From positions 1 to 35,874 of IMG/VR virus record IMGVR_UViG_3300032223_003566: DNA of 35,874 bases; one strand, given 5' to 3'. The notes beneath the pieces were generated by a model. The model had not been told where the DNA came from and made no database searches. It saw only the letters and a list, made by a program, of their open reading frames with translations. This DNA is from a virus. Taxonomy: Duplodnaviria > Caudoviricetes. The stretch's first letter is position 1. Every line of letters begins with the position of its first letter. A program made the position numbers and the translations under genes. Shown piece after piece: positions 16,088 through 26,540 of this stretch.

Positions 16088-19000
16088 ATGAAAAGGTATA
16101 GTTTTAGGATAATCACAGCTGGCATAAAAGAAGATATTTTGGGAATTTGTAATTTCCTGAATAAAGATGCAGAATATTATCAAGACTTGAGAGAAACAGT
16201 AAAACAATATGATCAAAAGTATCAAGTATTTGCTGCTTGGTTATTAGCCCGTAATATTGAAGCAGATGATTATGTTAAAGCTATACAAAAATATGTTGAC
16301 TCAAGAAGAATTACTAATTTTTCAGTTAGTAAAAATGCTGTCAAAATAAACGACGAAGTTTTTGATGATGCGATTAAATTAACAGAATATATCCACGCTC
16401 AATTTCCTATTTTAGAAGCTGAAGAACAAGCTACAAACACTGAAACAGAAGATGTTCCTGTTGTAGCAAATAAAGATAATTCTATAAGGATATTTGAGAT
16501 AAATAATGCCAACGATGGTAGAAGATTAGTTGGTGATGATACAAGTTGGTGTATTGGCTATAAGGGCCCAAATAATATGTGGCAATCTTATAGAGATTCG
16601 CACGATGCTTCATTTTTCGTAGTTTTTGATAACAATCCTCCTACAGAAAATCAAAGAAAAGTTGCAATTGATTTTGCTTCAGGTAATGTTTTATTAACAG
16701 ACATTCCAAATCTTACAGGGCATCGACTTTCGAATGGATGGGATTGGGATCGGTATTCTGAATATTTATCTAGCAAGGGAATAAATTTACAAGCAACAAG
16801 GCCAAATCCCGAAACTGGTCAAGAAGAGTTAATTCTCAAGAATAAACCCAAGAGTACAGAAGAAAGATTACAAAATGGCACTTTTAACTATATAGCTGTT
16901 TTGGGTGTGGAAGATATACTTTTATGGCAATCTGGAAAATCTAAAGTTAATGGCGAAGATAGAGACATAGAAAGAATAGATAAAAATAGTTTAGATATCA
17001 TAGAAGAGGTTTCAGATAGATCTGGTATTGCTTACATCCTCAATAACCCTGATGCTAAATTCTATACTTCAAGATGGATGGGTTTAGGCAAACGTGTAAA
17101 AGATGAAGTTTTAGAATATTTATCTAGAAGTGTTGGTGGTGAAGATTTGTTGATGAAATATGTCAACACTGGGTTGCCACTTTCTGAAACGCAATATCAA
17201 TTTTTTAGAAAAAACAAAAATTTACTTACTTCATACTTAAGAAGTCAAATTATAGGTGGTAGAAGATTTAGCCCTATTATGCAAATTGATTTAATGAACT
17301 TAAATAGAAAAGATTTATTTAAAGATTTAATTGAAAAACAGGGTGGTATAGATGAAATTGCACAACCAACCTTAAAAGAAAAACCAGATTTATTAAGAAT
17401 TTATCTTGAAACTTTGATAGAAAACGATAACTTACAAACTGGTACTGGAGTTCGCCTTAATGATGCTGATTTATTATTAGATTTAAACGACAGAGATTTA
17501 TTGATCAAATATATTAGCACTGTAAAAACTTTTGTTCCAAATGGTGTACGAAATTTAATTTTTGAAGATCCAAAATTATTTTTATTGTATGCAAAAAATA
17601 GATTGACAGATAATAATTTAGTAGATTACACTTCGGCTATTCCAAAAAATGATTTAAAAAATGTCGTATTGCAATCAGGGGATAAATCACTTATCAAAGA
17701 AGTGGCTATGGCAACTGGTTTTAATGAAGAAGATTTTGAAAAAGCAAAAGAACTTGGGGTATTGGAAGAAGTAAAGTATTCAATATTATGTCCAAAACCC
17801 TCCGAAAAGATTGCTAAATATTACAATCCTAACGATCCATTTGATCTTTCATTAATTAATCAAATCAAAGATGTAGATTTTTTACGTGAATTTTCTTTTA
17901 ATAATTTTGACGAATATAGTGAAACTTATCAATATGATTGGAGTGATAATCCAACCATAAATTTTGCATTTGATCTTAAGGAACACGAACAAACAATCTT
18001 AAAAGACGCTCATTACGCATACAAAGATAGACCAGAAGAAATTGTCCCTCATAATGCAAATCAAACTTTATTATGGGCTATTTACAATGATGGCAAATTA
18101 TTTAAGAAAGAAGAAGAACTGGAGATGAGTGATGAGGCAAAAGAAAATTTCAGAGATGCTATTCTAGAATTTCAAAATGCATCACAAGATATAAATTTCT
18201 GGAAAAATTTCTTTAAGAATATTGATCATTTTGCTGATTGGATAGGTAGTGAACTTAATTATAATGAAAATGATTTTGCAAACATTTTAAAGTTTATTCC
18301 ACAAGAATTTTTAGAAGATCCTGAAATTAAAGAATTTTTGCAGAGAAGAATGAACAGCATTTCTGCTAAGAATTTTATGTCTAATATAGACATTGAAAAA
18401 ACACCTTGGTTATATGAAGACTATATAAATCAATTTCTAGATGGTAACAGAAATGTAAGATCTGAATTTTACAGAGTATTACATCGTGGTAGAAGTTATG
18501 CATTTGAATTCCTTTCAAAAATACTAGAAAAAAGAAAATTTAGTGATGAAGAAATTGATTCTTTCAAAGACTTTACACCAGACATTATCTTAGAGTTTTT
18601 GGATTTGTATACACATTATTATCCAGAAGTAAAAGAAGATCCAAATTTTTATAATTTAGGAATATTTAGTTATTTTAGAAATCGTCCAAATTTGAATCAT
18701 CAATTACATTTATTAAGAAATTATCCTAAATATTTTGAAACAAGAATTTTAGAGGGAGACGTTTATGTTAATATATTGCCAGAAATAAGGGCAGCATTAG
18801 TTCATATGTATCCTAACCTTGCTCCGAAAATTCTTGCATATGAAAGACAATCAAAATATGGCACTGGATATTTTGATGAAGACGCTGGCCAAGTGATGAA
18901 AGGAAAAAGACCAACACCGCCTGGAACACAAAAAGAATTGCCTGATCCATTTGCGTCAGAAGAACCTGAAGAAGATGAAGAAGAAGAACTTACCACTGCC

Positions 19001-19102
19001 TTTGTAAAATCTATGGTGAAAATAGCTCAGAAATTAGATTTTAATTATCAATACAAGTTAGCAGATAAGTTTACAAATATATTGAGAAAATACAATGTTT
19101 AA
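16088..19102 (+). CDS. large hypothetical protein, SWCI domain, C-terminal tag
   Basis: DTSWCIGYKGPNNMWQSYR domain; C-term MVKIAQKLDFNYQYKLADKFTNIL. Confidence 0.85.
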   Translation: MKRYSFRIITAGIKEDILGICNFLNKDAEYYQDLRETVKQYDQKYQVFAAWLLARNIEADDYVKAIQKYVDSRRITNFSVSKNAVKINDEVFDDAIKLTEYIHAQFPILEAEEQATNTETEDVPVVANKDNSIRIFEINNANDGRRLVGDDTSWCIGYKGPNNMWQSYRDSHDASFFVVFDNNPPTENQRKVAIDFASGNVLLTDIPNLTGHRLSNGWDWDRYSEYLSSKGINLQATRPNPETGQEELILKNKPKSTEERLQNGTFNYIAVLGVEDILLWQSGKSKVNGEDRDIERIDKNSLDIIEEVSDRSGIAYILNNPDAKFYTSRWMGLGKRVKDEVLEYLSRSVGGEDLLMKYVNTGLPLSETQYQFFRKNKNLLTSYLRSQIIGGRRFSPIMQIDLMNLNRKDLFKDLIEKQGGIDEIAQPTLKEKPDLLRIYLETLIENDNLQTGTGVRLNDADLLLDLNDRDLLIKYISTVKTFVPNGVRNLIFEDPKLFLLYAKNRLTDNNLVDYTSAIPKNDLKNVVLQSGDKSLIKEVAMATGFNEEDFEKAKELGVLEEVKYSILCPKPSEKIAKYYNPNDPFDLSLINQIKDVDFLREFSFNNFDEYSETYQYDWSDNPTINFAFDLKEHEQTILKDAHYAYKDRPEEIVPHNANQTLLWAIYNDGKLFKKEEELEMSDEAKENFRDAILEFQNASQDINFWKNFFKNIDHFADWIGSELNYNENDFANILKFIPQEFLEDPEIKEFLQRRMNSISAKNFMSNIDIEKTPWLYEDYINQFLDGNRNVRSEFYRVLHRGRSYAFEFLSKILEKRKFSDEEIDSFKDFTPDIILEFLDLYTHYYPEVKEDPNFYNLGIFSYFRNRPNLNHQLHLLRNYPKYFETRILEGDVYVNILPEIRAALVHMYPNLAPKILAYERQSKYGTGYFDEDAGQVMKGKRPTPPGTQKELPDPFASEEPEEDEEEELTTAFVKSMVKIAQKLDFNYQYKLADKFTNILRKYNV

Positions 19103-21872
19103 TAATCGTATAGTGATAGCACAAAAAGAATTATTTATTTCTATTTTTAACGCAGTTGGAAAAAATTACAATGACTATAAAGAAATTGTAAATAAATATA
19201 GTTCAGTTTTTAAGCCTCTTGCTGCTTGGATGCTAGCAAGAGATTCTGATGAAAATGCTATTAATGATATTGTTAGTCATCTCACTCAATATATAAATCG
19301 TAAAAAATTAAATCCTGCTAATATCAAGGTATCTAAAACTTTTGTTGTTATAAATGATCAACAATTTGATGACTTGATGGCGTTGATTGATTTTGTTCAC
19401 GGTAATTTTCCAATAGCAAAGAAACAAGAAGAAAGAGTAGAGCAATCTGAAACAAATCATACTCCTGTTCTCACTGGTGATGGAATTAAAGTTTTCAAAG
19501 TAGAAAAAGCGCTTGATAGTAAACAATTAGCTGCAGATACTTCTTGGTGTATTGCTTATCAAGGCGCTAACAATATGTGGCAAAGTTATAGAAGTAATCA
19601 AGCTGCTACATTTTATATTGTATGGGACGAAAATCCACCCACTCCTAATCAAAGAAAAGTGGCTCTGCAATTTAATAATAACAACGTTCAAATTACTGAT
19701 ATTCCGAATAGAACAGGTTCAAATTTATCAAATGAAATTTCTTTCGAATACGAAGGAAAAATGATTACTGGGAGAGATATTCCCACATATCTTACTTATT
19801 TGAAAAGTAAGGGAGTGAATATAGATGCTACAACAACTAATCCTGAAACTGGTCAAGAAGAAAAAGTCTTAAAAAATAAACCAATTACACCAGAAGAAAA
19901 ATTAGAAACTGGTTTAGGTAATTATGTTAAAAGCTTCCATAATATAAATGTTGATGATATAAAAAGTTGGTCTACTGGGAAATTTGAATTAAGGCCTTAC
20001 TCAAAAGATGGATTTATCAAAGACAACGGAGATAATACTTATTCACCTTCTGCTGGGGGACATATCGGGAAATCAATAGAAATACCTGAAGAAATGATTG
20101 TTGAAAAAACTCATTTGGGTAAAAGTGCAGGGGTTTTGCCTTCAGAATCGATGTCTCATTTATTAGAGTCATTAACTATTGAATCAGAAAGTGTTAAAAC
20201 ATATCTATCCAAATTCATTGGTATGGGATGGATTATGCCTGATGATATTTTTGAATATTTATTTGATGTTCCTGGTGGCAAAGATTATTTAGTTCAATAT
20301 GTCAACACTGGATTAGAATTACCTCGTACTCAAATAGAAAAAATTCAAACAGACAAACAATTATTTAATTCATATGTCAAACAGCAATTAACTGCTTGGG
20401 AAATGAATCATAATCAAGGCGATGTTTTACAATATCTTGATCCTAATGATGCAAAAGATAAAGAAAAAGTTTTGAAAGCATTTTCTAAAACAAAAAGTAC
20501 AAATAGAATTCCTGACAATTGGAAAGAAAATGTACCTCAAATTGGAATATCTGTTGCTGATATAGATGACGATCTTAATTTTAGTGATCCTTTGGCTGAA
20601 AAATTAGCTATTGCAAAAGGTTTATATAAGGTTTATCAAAAAAATCCAACATTAGAAAATACAAGAATTTTTCTTCATACCCCAGAAGCTATTGAACCAA
20701 TGAAACCACTGGCAGGAGCAAATGGTTATAATGATGATGTCTTAAAATCTCCTAGTAATTACCATGATTTTGCTTATAAATGGAAGTTTGTACCTGATGA
20801 ATTTAAGAACCTTCCAGAATTTTATGAAATATCAAAAATTGGGCAAGTTTTAGGTGATAACAGATATAATTTAATTTCTGAATTTAAAAGTAAAAATGAA
20901 TCTGACTTGACACGAGATGACTTCGAAACTGGTATGGTTATCTCTTTTGCAACTGCTTGGGATTTTGAAGATACCCCAATTGGCAATTCTGCAAAATTTT
21001 GGAATTATTTATATGATAATTATGAAAAATATTTTAGTGGCAGATTTGATAGAGTATTCAAAGAAAAAAGAGACATTCCTGATGATGTAGATGAGGATGA
21101 CGATGATTTCGACGAAACAGAGTATCCTACTTACGATGAACCGACTGAACAAAAATGGATGATTGATGTAAAGTTAAGAAATATTCCAAAAAATTTATTG
21201 CTTGATTCTAATATGAGAGAAAAATTCTTAAGTAGATTTAATACAAAAATTCTTGTTTCCAAACTTACGGATTCTCCGTATTCTCAAGATTGCATAAATT
21301 TAGCAGCAGAATATGTGAACAGTATTCAAGATCTTCCAATATCATATACATTTGCAGGTTATTTAACATATAATAAAAATCCTATAACAGAAAAAATATT
21401 AAAGATATCAGGTTTAGACGAATATAATAAATATATGACAAAATGGCGTAGTCAATTAGATATAAGAGACTATGCAAGATTATTAAATTTTTATCCTTTT
21501 GTTGGCGATCAAATTACAGATCAAATGTTGCTGGCAAATTGGGCAAAAATGAATTTAATAAACTCTACTGAAAAATTAGAAACATTTAGAAATCTTGTAA
21601 ATGCAAGACCAGAATTTTTTAGAAACCATTGGCAAGAATTAGATTTATGGCCTGTTTGGATATCAGAATTAAGAGAAAGAAATATTATCGGCACACAAAC
21701 ACCTCAACCAATTCAAGAGCGCCCAGACAATAATTCCGCTTTACCTGAAATAGATGATCAAGAGGTATTAGCTTCTGTCAAATCTATGCTAAAAATCGCT
21801 CAAAAACTTGATTTTAAAAAAGAATATAGGTTAGCAGATAAACTAACCTATATTTTAACAAAAAAAATATAA
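19095..21872 (+). CDS. paralog of 16088 protein, C-terminal tag
   Basis: DTSWCIAYQGANNMWQSYR, NPETGQEE, YVNTGL shared; C-term MLKIAQKLDFKKEYRLADKLTYIL. Confidence 0.85.
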   Translation: MFNNRIVIAQKELFISIFNAVGKNYNDYKEIVNKYSSVFKPLAAWMLARDSDENAINDIVSHLTQYINRKKLNPANIKVSKTFVVINDQQFDDLMALIDFVHGNFPIAKKQEERVEQSETNHTPVLTGDGIKVFKVEKALDSKQLAADTSWCIAYQGANNMWQSYRSNQAATFYIVWDENPPTPNQRKVALQFNNNNVQITDIPNRTGSNLSNEISFEYEGKMITGRDIPTYLTYLKSKGVNIDATTTNPETGQEEKVLKNKPITPEEKLETGLGNYVKSFHNINVDDIKSWSTGKFELRPYSKDGFIKDNGDNTYSPSAGGHIGKSIEIPEEMIVEKTHLGKSAGVLPSESMSHLLESLTIESESVKTYLSKFIGMGWIMPDDIFEYLFDVPGGKDYLVQYVNTGLELPRTQIEKIQTDKQLFNSYVKQQLTAWEMNHNQGDVLQYLDPNDAKDKEKVLKAFSKTKSTNRIPDNWKENVPQIGISVADIDDDLNFSDPLAEKLAIAKGLYKVYQKNPTLENTRIFLHTPEAIEPMKPLAGANGYNDDVLKSPSNYHDFAYKWKFVPDEFKNLPEFYEISKIGQVLGDNRYNLISEFKSKNESDLTRDDFETGMVISFATAWDFEDTPIGNSAKFWNYLYDNYEKYFSGRFDRVFKEKRDIPDDVDEDDDDFDETEYPTYDEPTEQKWMIDVKLRNIPKNLLLDSNMREKFLSRFNTKILVSKLTDSPYSQDCINLAAEYVNSIQDLPISYTFAGYLTYNKNPITEKILKISGLDEYNKYMTKWRSQLDIRDYARLLNFYPFVGDQITDQMLLANWAKMNLINSTEKLETFRNLVNARPEFFRNHWQELDLWPVWISELRERNIIGTQTPQPIQERPDNNSALPEIDDQEVLASVKSMLKIAQKLDFKKEYRLADKLTYILTKKI

Positions 21873-21878
21873 TTTTAT

Positions 21879-23684
21879 TTATTCAAAATCATCTTCGAAA
21901 GGAATTTCTAAATTATCATCTTCAAGATCCTGTTGCTTCTTTTTATGTCTAGCTAAATTAAAAGATTCACCTTCTGGAAGATCTTGGAATCTTAATTGGG
22001 CTGGATCTGTATATTGTGAAGTTAAATGACGCATTTGAGCTCTGTGTTCACCCTCTTCAATAGTTGAAATTTCAGGAAGAATAAATTTAGTATTAAAAGT
22101 TTCTTCAAATTTCTTTATTACTGGATGATCTTGATATGTCTCATAGATACGCTTAGCAATTTCAAGACGTAATTTATCTTCAGAGTTTCTCATCATCTGC
22201 ATAGCTCTTTCACTATACTGATCAGAATCACTCAAATGTTCATAATCTTCAGAGTCTGGTGTTTTAACATATTCTTCCCATTGAGAATAATGTTTTGCAA
22301 AACTATATAATAAATCTAATAATGGATTACGTCCTAATATTTGTCTAATTCTTTCATATTTATAGCGTTGAATATCTTCTTTTGTTAAATATCCACTTCT
22401 TCTAGCCAAATACTCATCAGTTAAGCTATCTTCTCTATCCACTATAGATTCTAATTGCTTGTATGCAATATCAACAATTGTTTCTGCTAAATTTTCAAAA
22501 TCATAATCTTCTAAGTCATAAACTTTTCCGTATGTTCTTTTGCCATCAACAGCATCTTTAATTTCAGAAACAGTTTTATCGGCTAATTCATCAATATCTA
22601 AATTTCTAAGATTATTTTCTTCAAATTCTTCTTGATCTTTATTTTCCCAGGAACTTGAATGAATGCCAAATCTTGAAAAATCTCCATCAGCTTCTTCATC
22701 ATAATATCCTTCTAAATAAGGTCCATAAGCAAACTCGTGAATGCCATATTTAATTTCATCAGGACTATTTTCCCATTCAACTTCCCCAGGATACCATTGT
22801 TCAGCTCTTTGATGAGTGTAGCTTTCACCAGGAGTTTTCTTGATATCATCTCTACCCTCAAAGAAATCGCTAATTTTACTTACTAAATCATCGTCTTCAA
22901 TTTCAGAATTACTTGGGCCTTTGATTTGCTTTACTGTTCCATCTCTGCCAACTTCAATTGTTGCTTGAGGCTGATTAAATTTATTTCTCAAAGAATATAT
23001 AGTACAATCTCCAGATTCAACGTGTCTAGCGTATGATCCAACACAGTGATGCATAAAGCTGCCTTCAACATCCAAATCATTAGGATCTTCTACTCTTACC
23101 ATCATAGATCCATCTTCAAATCTTTGAACAATCTTTTCATCAACTAATTGCCCAGATTCATCTCTCTCAAATGGTAAATAGAATTTTCCAGAACCTCTTT
23201 GTGTCATAGCTCTGTGCCATTCATTAGAATCTTCATATGCTTCATCAAATGATTTTGTTCCAAGATTATAGTTGGGGTTATCTAAAGTATGAGCTCTAAA
23301 GAAGTCGTGAATCTCATCCAGATCATCTTTGATTCCAGCATAGCCATTCATTGGCTTGTATTCCCATCTGTCATCTCTAGGATCATCATTTAATTTGTTA
23401 GCTCTTAATAGTTTGTATTGATAAAGAGCCCAACTTTGAAATTTTGGATCATAATCTTGAACAAGTTGCAATTCCTGACTTGAAGGCTTATAACCAGATT
23501 CGAATAAACTTTTTAAATCATCTATCATCATAGAGGGATTTTGATTTAATGCACCAATAGCTTTACCTTTTTTATCATTTGGTAAAGAATGCACAAACTG
23601 AATAATTTCGTCACTTACACCTTTTGATTGTAAGGCGTTGATTGCATCTTCTATCGCTGCAAGGATTGTTCTTGAATACCACAT
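21879..23684 (-). CDS. PcfJ-like domain protein with MWY leader
   Basis: DLDVEGSFMHHCVGSY...IYSLR...ATIEV...QIKGPSN. Confidence 0.8.
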   Translation of the reverse strand: MWYSRTILAAIEDAINALQSKGVSDEIIQFVHSLPNDKKGKAIGALNQNPSMMIDDLKSLFESGYKPSSQELQLVQDYDPKFQSWALYQYKLLRANKLNDDPRDDRWEYKPMNGYAGIKDDLDEIHDFFRAHTLDNPNYNLGTKSFDEAYEDSNEWHRAMTQRGSGKFYLPFERDESGQLVDEKIVQRFEDGSMMVRVEDPNDLDVEGSFMHHCVGSYARHVESGDCTIYSLRNKFNQPQATIEVGRDGTVKQIKGPSNSEIEDDDLVSKISDFFEGRDDIKKTPGESYTHQRAEQWYPGEVEWENSPDEIKYGIHEFAYGPYLEGYYDEEADGDFSRFGIHSSSWENKDQEEFEENNLRNLDIDELADKTVSEIKDAVDGKRTYGKVYDLEDYDFENLAETIVDIAYKQLESIVDREDSLTDEYLARRSGYLTKEDIQRYKYERIRQILGRNPLLDLLYSFAKHYSQWEEYVKTPDSEDYEHLSDSDQYSERAMQMMRNSEDKLRLEIAKRIYETYQDHPVIKKFEETFNTKFILPEISTIEEGEHRAQMRHLTSQYTDPAQLRFQDLPEGESFNLARHKKKQQDLEDDNLEIPFEDDFE

Positions 23685-24148
23685 TACATTTTACTCAACA
23701 TTCTTAATAAAATTCTTTCAGCTTCAGGTTTTAATTCTGATAACTTGTGTACATTTTTGTTATTTTGAATAATTTCTGAATAAATTCTTCTATAAGCATT
23801 TATCAAAGAAACAAAAGAAGATCTTTCCATTTGATAACTTGGGTCGTTTATTATAGTGTCAAACATAATTTTTGCTTGATTATTTCTTTCTAAAAGTGGA
23901 TCTTTCACTAATTGTTGTAAATATATTTTTGCGTCTTTAATAAATTTGTTGTCAATATTTACCGTACTGTCAGCTTCGTAATCTTTTTTTAAAGGCATTC
24001 TGTTTTTATATGTATTTCTAGTTTGCTCTGGATATCTATAATATGGAACAGACATATCTTGGGCAATTCTATCTAATTTATCTGCTAGCTTGTAAAAACT
24101 TGAATTATCTAACTTATTTGCCAGCTTTAATAATTTTTTAGAATACAT
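23684..24148 (-). CDS. tag-bearing hypothetical protein
   Basis: LLKLANKLDNSSFYKLADKLDRIAQ. Confidence 0.8.
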   Translation of the reverse strand: MYSKKLLKLANKLDNSSFYKLADKLDRIAQDMSVPYYRYPEQTRNTYKNRMPLKKDYEADSTVNIDNKFIKDAKIYLQQLVKDPLLERNNQAKIMFDTIINDPSYQMERSSFVSLINAYRRIYSEIIQNNKNVHKLSELKPEAERILLRMLSKM

Positions 24149-24218
24149 ATCAATAAATTTCTTATAAAAAAAGAAACCCCCCTTTTATTGGGAGGTTTCT
24201 TATGAAAAATAATTTGAA

Positions 24219-24998
24219 TTATTTTACAATTTGTTCTCTTCTAGTAATATTTTTGTCATTAAGGTTTTGGGAAACAGTATTTGCAAAATTTAAACCATTT
24301 TCTTCAATAGCCAATTCGTAAAGTTCACCCTTGGTCATTTGTTTTCCACGAATTCTATTAGCGATCCAATTATTGACATATGTTGGATCTTGTCCGATTT
24401 GACCTTCATTAGCTCTTGCGGCCATACCAGCACCAGATCTTGGCTGAACTTTCTTTCTTAATTCTCTAACCTGAAATGCTTTTTGTTGCAATGCTATAAC
24501 TTCATTTTTAGCAGCTTGAGTTTGAGCACCAGGGCCATTTTGAATTGCATCGATTTTTTCCATAATAAGGGAATCAATAGTTCTTGCTAATTGATCAACA
24601 GAGACAGGGTCACTCTTTCTATCAACATAAGTCTTGAGAGTATTGATTTGGCTGTCGATTCTAGAATTGCTAATATTTGCAGAACCCATACCTAATTCTC
24701 TAGCATTTGAACCAACACCATAACCTGCTTCACTTCCCATATTTCCTAAAAGTTCACCAGCATCTGAAAAACCTTGTTTGGTAGCTTCATAACCGCTTTC
24801 TAAACCTTTTCCGATATCTCTACCAAGGCCTTTGATTCCTCTCATTGTGCCTTCGCCAACATCTTTTAAGCCCTTCATAAATTGAGAGCCAGCTGCTTGT
24901 GCTACTTTGGTTAATTGGTTGGCTTCAGAATACATGCCCATTTCATCTAATTCATTAGCAATTTTGATAATTGCTGCTACGATTTGTCTTCTTTCCAT
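24219..24998 (-). CDS. tag-bearing Gly-rich helical protein
   Basis: Start MERRQIVAAIIKIANELDEMGMYSEANQLTKVAQ with AAGGA RBS. Confidence 0.8.
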   Translation of the reverse strand: MERRQIVAAIIKIANELDEMGMYSEANQLTKVAQAAGSQFMKGLKDVGEGTMRGIKGLGRDIGKGLESGYEATKQGFSDAGELLGNMGSEAGYGVGSNARELGMGSANISNSRIDSQINTLKTYVDRKSDPVSVDQLARTIDSLIMEKIDAIQNGPGAQTQAAKNEVIALQQKAFQVRELRKKVQPRSGAGMAARANEGQIGQDPTYVNNWIANRIRGKQMTKGELYELAIEENGLNFANTVSQNLNDKNITRREQIVK

Positions 24999-25119
24999 AA
25001 ATGTTTCCTTAACTAGTGGATGTTTTTTATTATAAAAAAATTTTTCAAATTCCTCTAACACTGTTGTAAAAACAAATGCTACAGAAGTACATTTATACTT
25101 TTATTTAAAAATCACCTTG

Positions 25120-25476
25120 TTAAGCTTCTGAACCACATAACCAAAGATAATTATTAATTTTCTGCACTACATCACAACTTGTTTCGTAAAATCCACCTAA
25201 AGAATTTTCCACTTCTAAATGTAAATCTAATTCATCAATTATATTCCAAATAGCTTTATGAGAAACAAACGATCCTTTAGGCTGCCATATATTGTCTATA
25301 ATCTCATAATTATCAAATTCAAATTCAAACAAAAATGCTTCCATTAATTGATTGAAATTTATTTTTGATTTATCTAATCTTTGCGTTTTTAATAATTTAT
25401 AAAAATCTTTGTCAGAGAAACATCTATTATTTTCGATCATACATTCGATGAAAACTACAGCAAAGAATTCTTCCAT
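25120..25476 (-). CDS. hypothetical protein
   Basis: 118-aa ORF overlapping upstream gene end. Confidence 0.65.
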   Translation of the reverse strand: MEEFFAVVFIECMIENNRCFSDKDFYKLLKTQRLDKSKINFNQLMEAFLFEFEFDNYEIIDNIWQPKGSFVSHKAIWNIIDELDLHLEVENSLGGFYETSCDVVQKINNYLWLCGSEA

Positions 25477-26540
25477 AAATTAATTTTACCACTATTGGCA
25501 GTGATAACAGGATTACTTGGGTCAAACTCTATATTTTCTCTAGCGTGTTTGATGTTTTCAGGATTCCAAGTGATGTAATGTTTGATTGGTTTCTTTTGAG
25601 AGTACATTCTGAAAAATTGATTAGGATCCATAATAATACTGTCGTGCCCTAATGAATTAATAAATCTTTTGACAATATCACCTTTAAATTGAGTATCTTG
25701 ATCACTATCCCAAAATTCTAATTTTTTAATTAAGTCCATAATTAATGAAGATGCTGAAATTTCTTCATCAAACCCAACAGAATTTTCTTGAACTAATTCT
25801 TCACAAATTTCATAAACAACATCAGAATCAAAATAATCTGACAAAATATCATGCAATTTAGAAATTACAGTACTGAAATTATGGTTGTCAGAAGGATTGA
25901 TTCTTTTGCCTAAAAAATCCATACTACCTTCTATATCATCAATGAAAACTTTTTCTGGATGTTCTGCATCTTGTGAACTTGTAAGATGAATTGGATTTTT
26001 CATCCTAACGTGAGCAGGTATTACTCTGGGTTTATTTGGTCCTAAAATTGTATCTCTGGCAATTTTTTCTGCTAGATAACTTGGGTTGTATGGTGTGCCG
26101 TCTTCATTAAAATCTCTACTGTATCTTGGATCATCACTATATAAATTCCATAGATAATATTCGTCTTCACCATATTGATCAAGCAAATCATATTGTAGAT
26201 TTTCAATGTTTCTTTCTTGGTCAGGCCCAGTGCCAGTGTAATTTTTAGAAGCATCCTCTTCATCACTAGTAAAGTAAAATGCTGGACCAAAATAATTACT
26301 CATCGAGCCTTTATCAATATCAAATCTATCAAATTCGTGTGTTGTTCCGTGATAGACAGGTTCTTCTGGCACATAATGACCCTTTGCCCAATCACTAAAA
26401 AATAAACTTTGAGGTTCTTTTTGTGTTTCTAAAAGTTCAGGTGATTTATCTTTTGGTTCTGATCTTTCTTTAGTTTTTGGCTGGGATTGTTCTACATCTA
26501 AACCAGGAAGTTGTAATTGTTGAGCTAATTTATACCACAT
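25455..26540 (-). CDS. ADP-ribosyltransferase-like (ART-PolyVal type) protein with MWY leader
   Basis: VYHGT..FDRFD...FGPAFYFTSD; start MWYKLAQ at 26540. Confidence 0.75.
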   Translation of the reverse strand: MWYKLAQQLQLPGLDVEQSQPKTKERSEPKDKSPELLETQKEPQSLFFSDWAKGHYVPEEPVYHGTTHEFDRFDIDKGSMSNYFGPAFYFTSDEEDASKNYTGTGPDQERNIENLQYDLLDQYGEDEYYLWNLYSDDPRYSRDFNEDGTPYNPSYLAEKIARDTILGPNKPRVIPAHVRMKNPIHLTSSQDAEHPEKVFIDDIEGSMDFLGKRINPSDNHNFSTVISKLHDILSDYFDSDVVYEICEELVQENSVGFDEEISASSLIMDLIKKLEFWDSDQDTQFKGDIVKRFINSLGHDSIIMDPNQFFRMYSQKKPIKHYITWNPENIKHARENIEFDPSNPVITANSGKINLWKNSLL

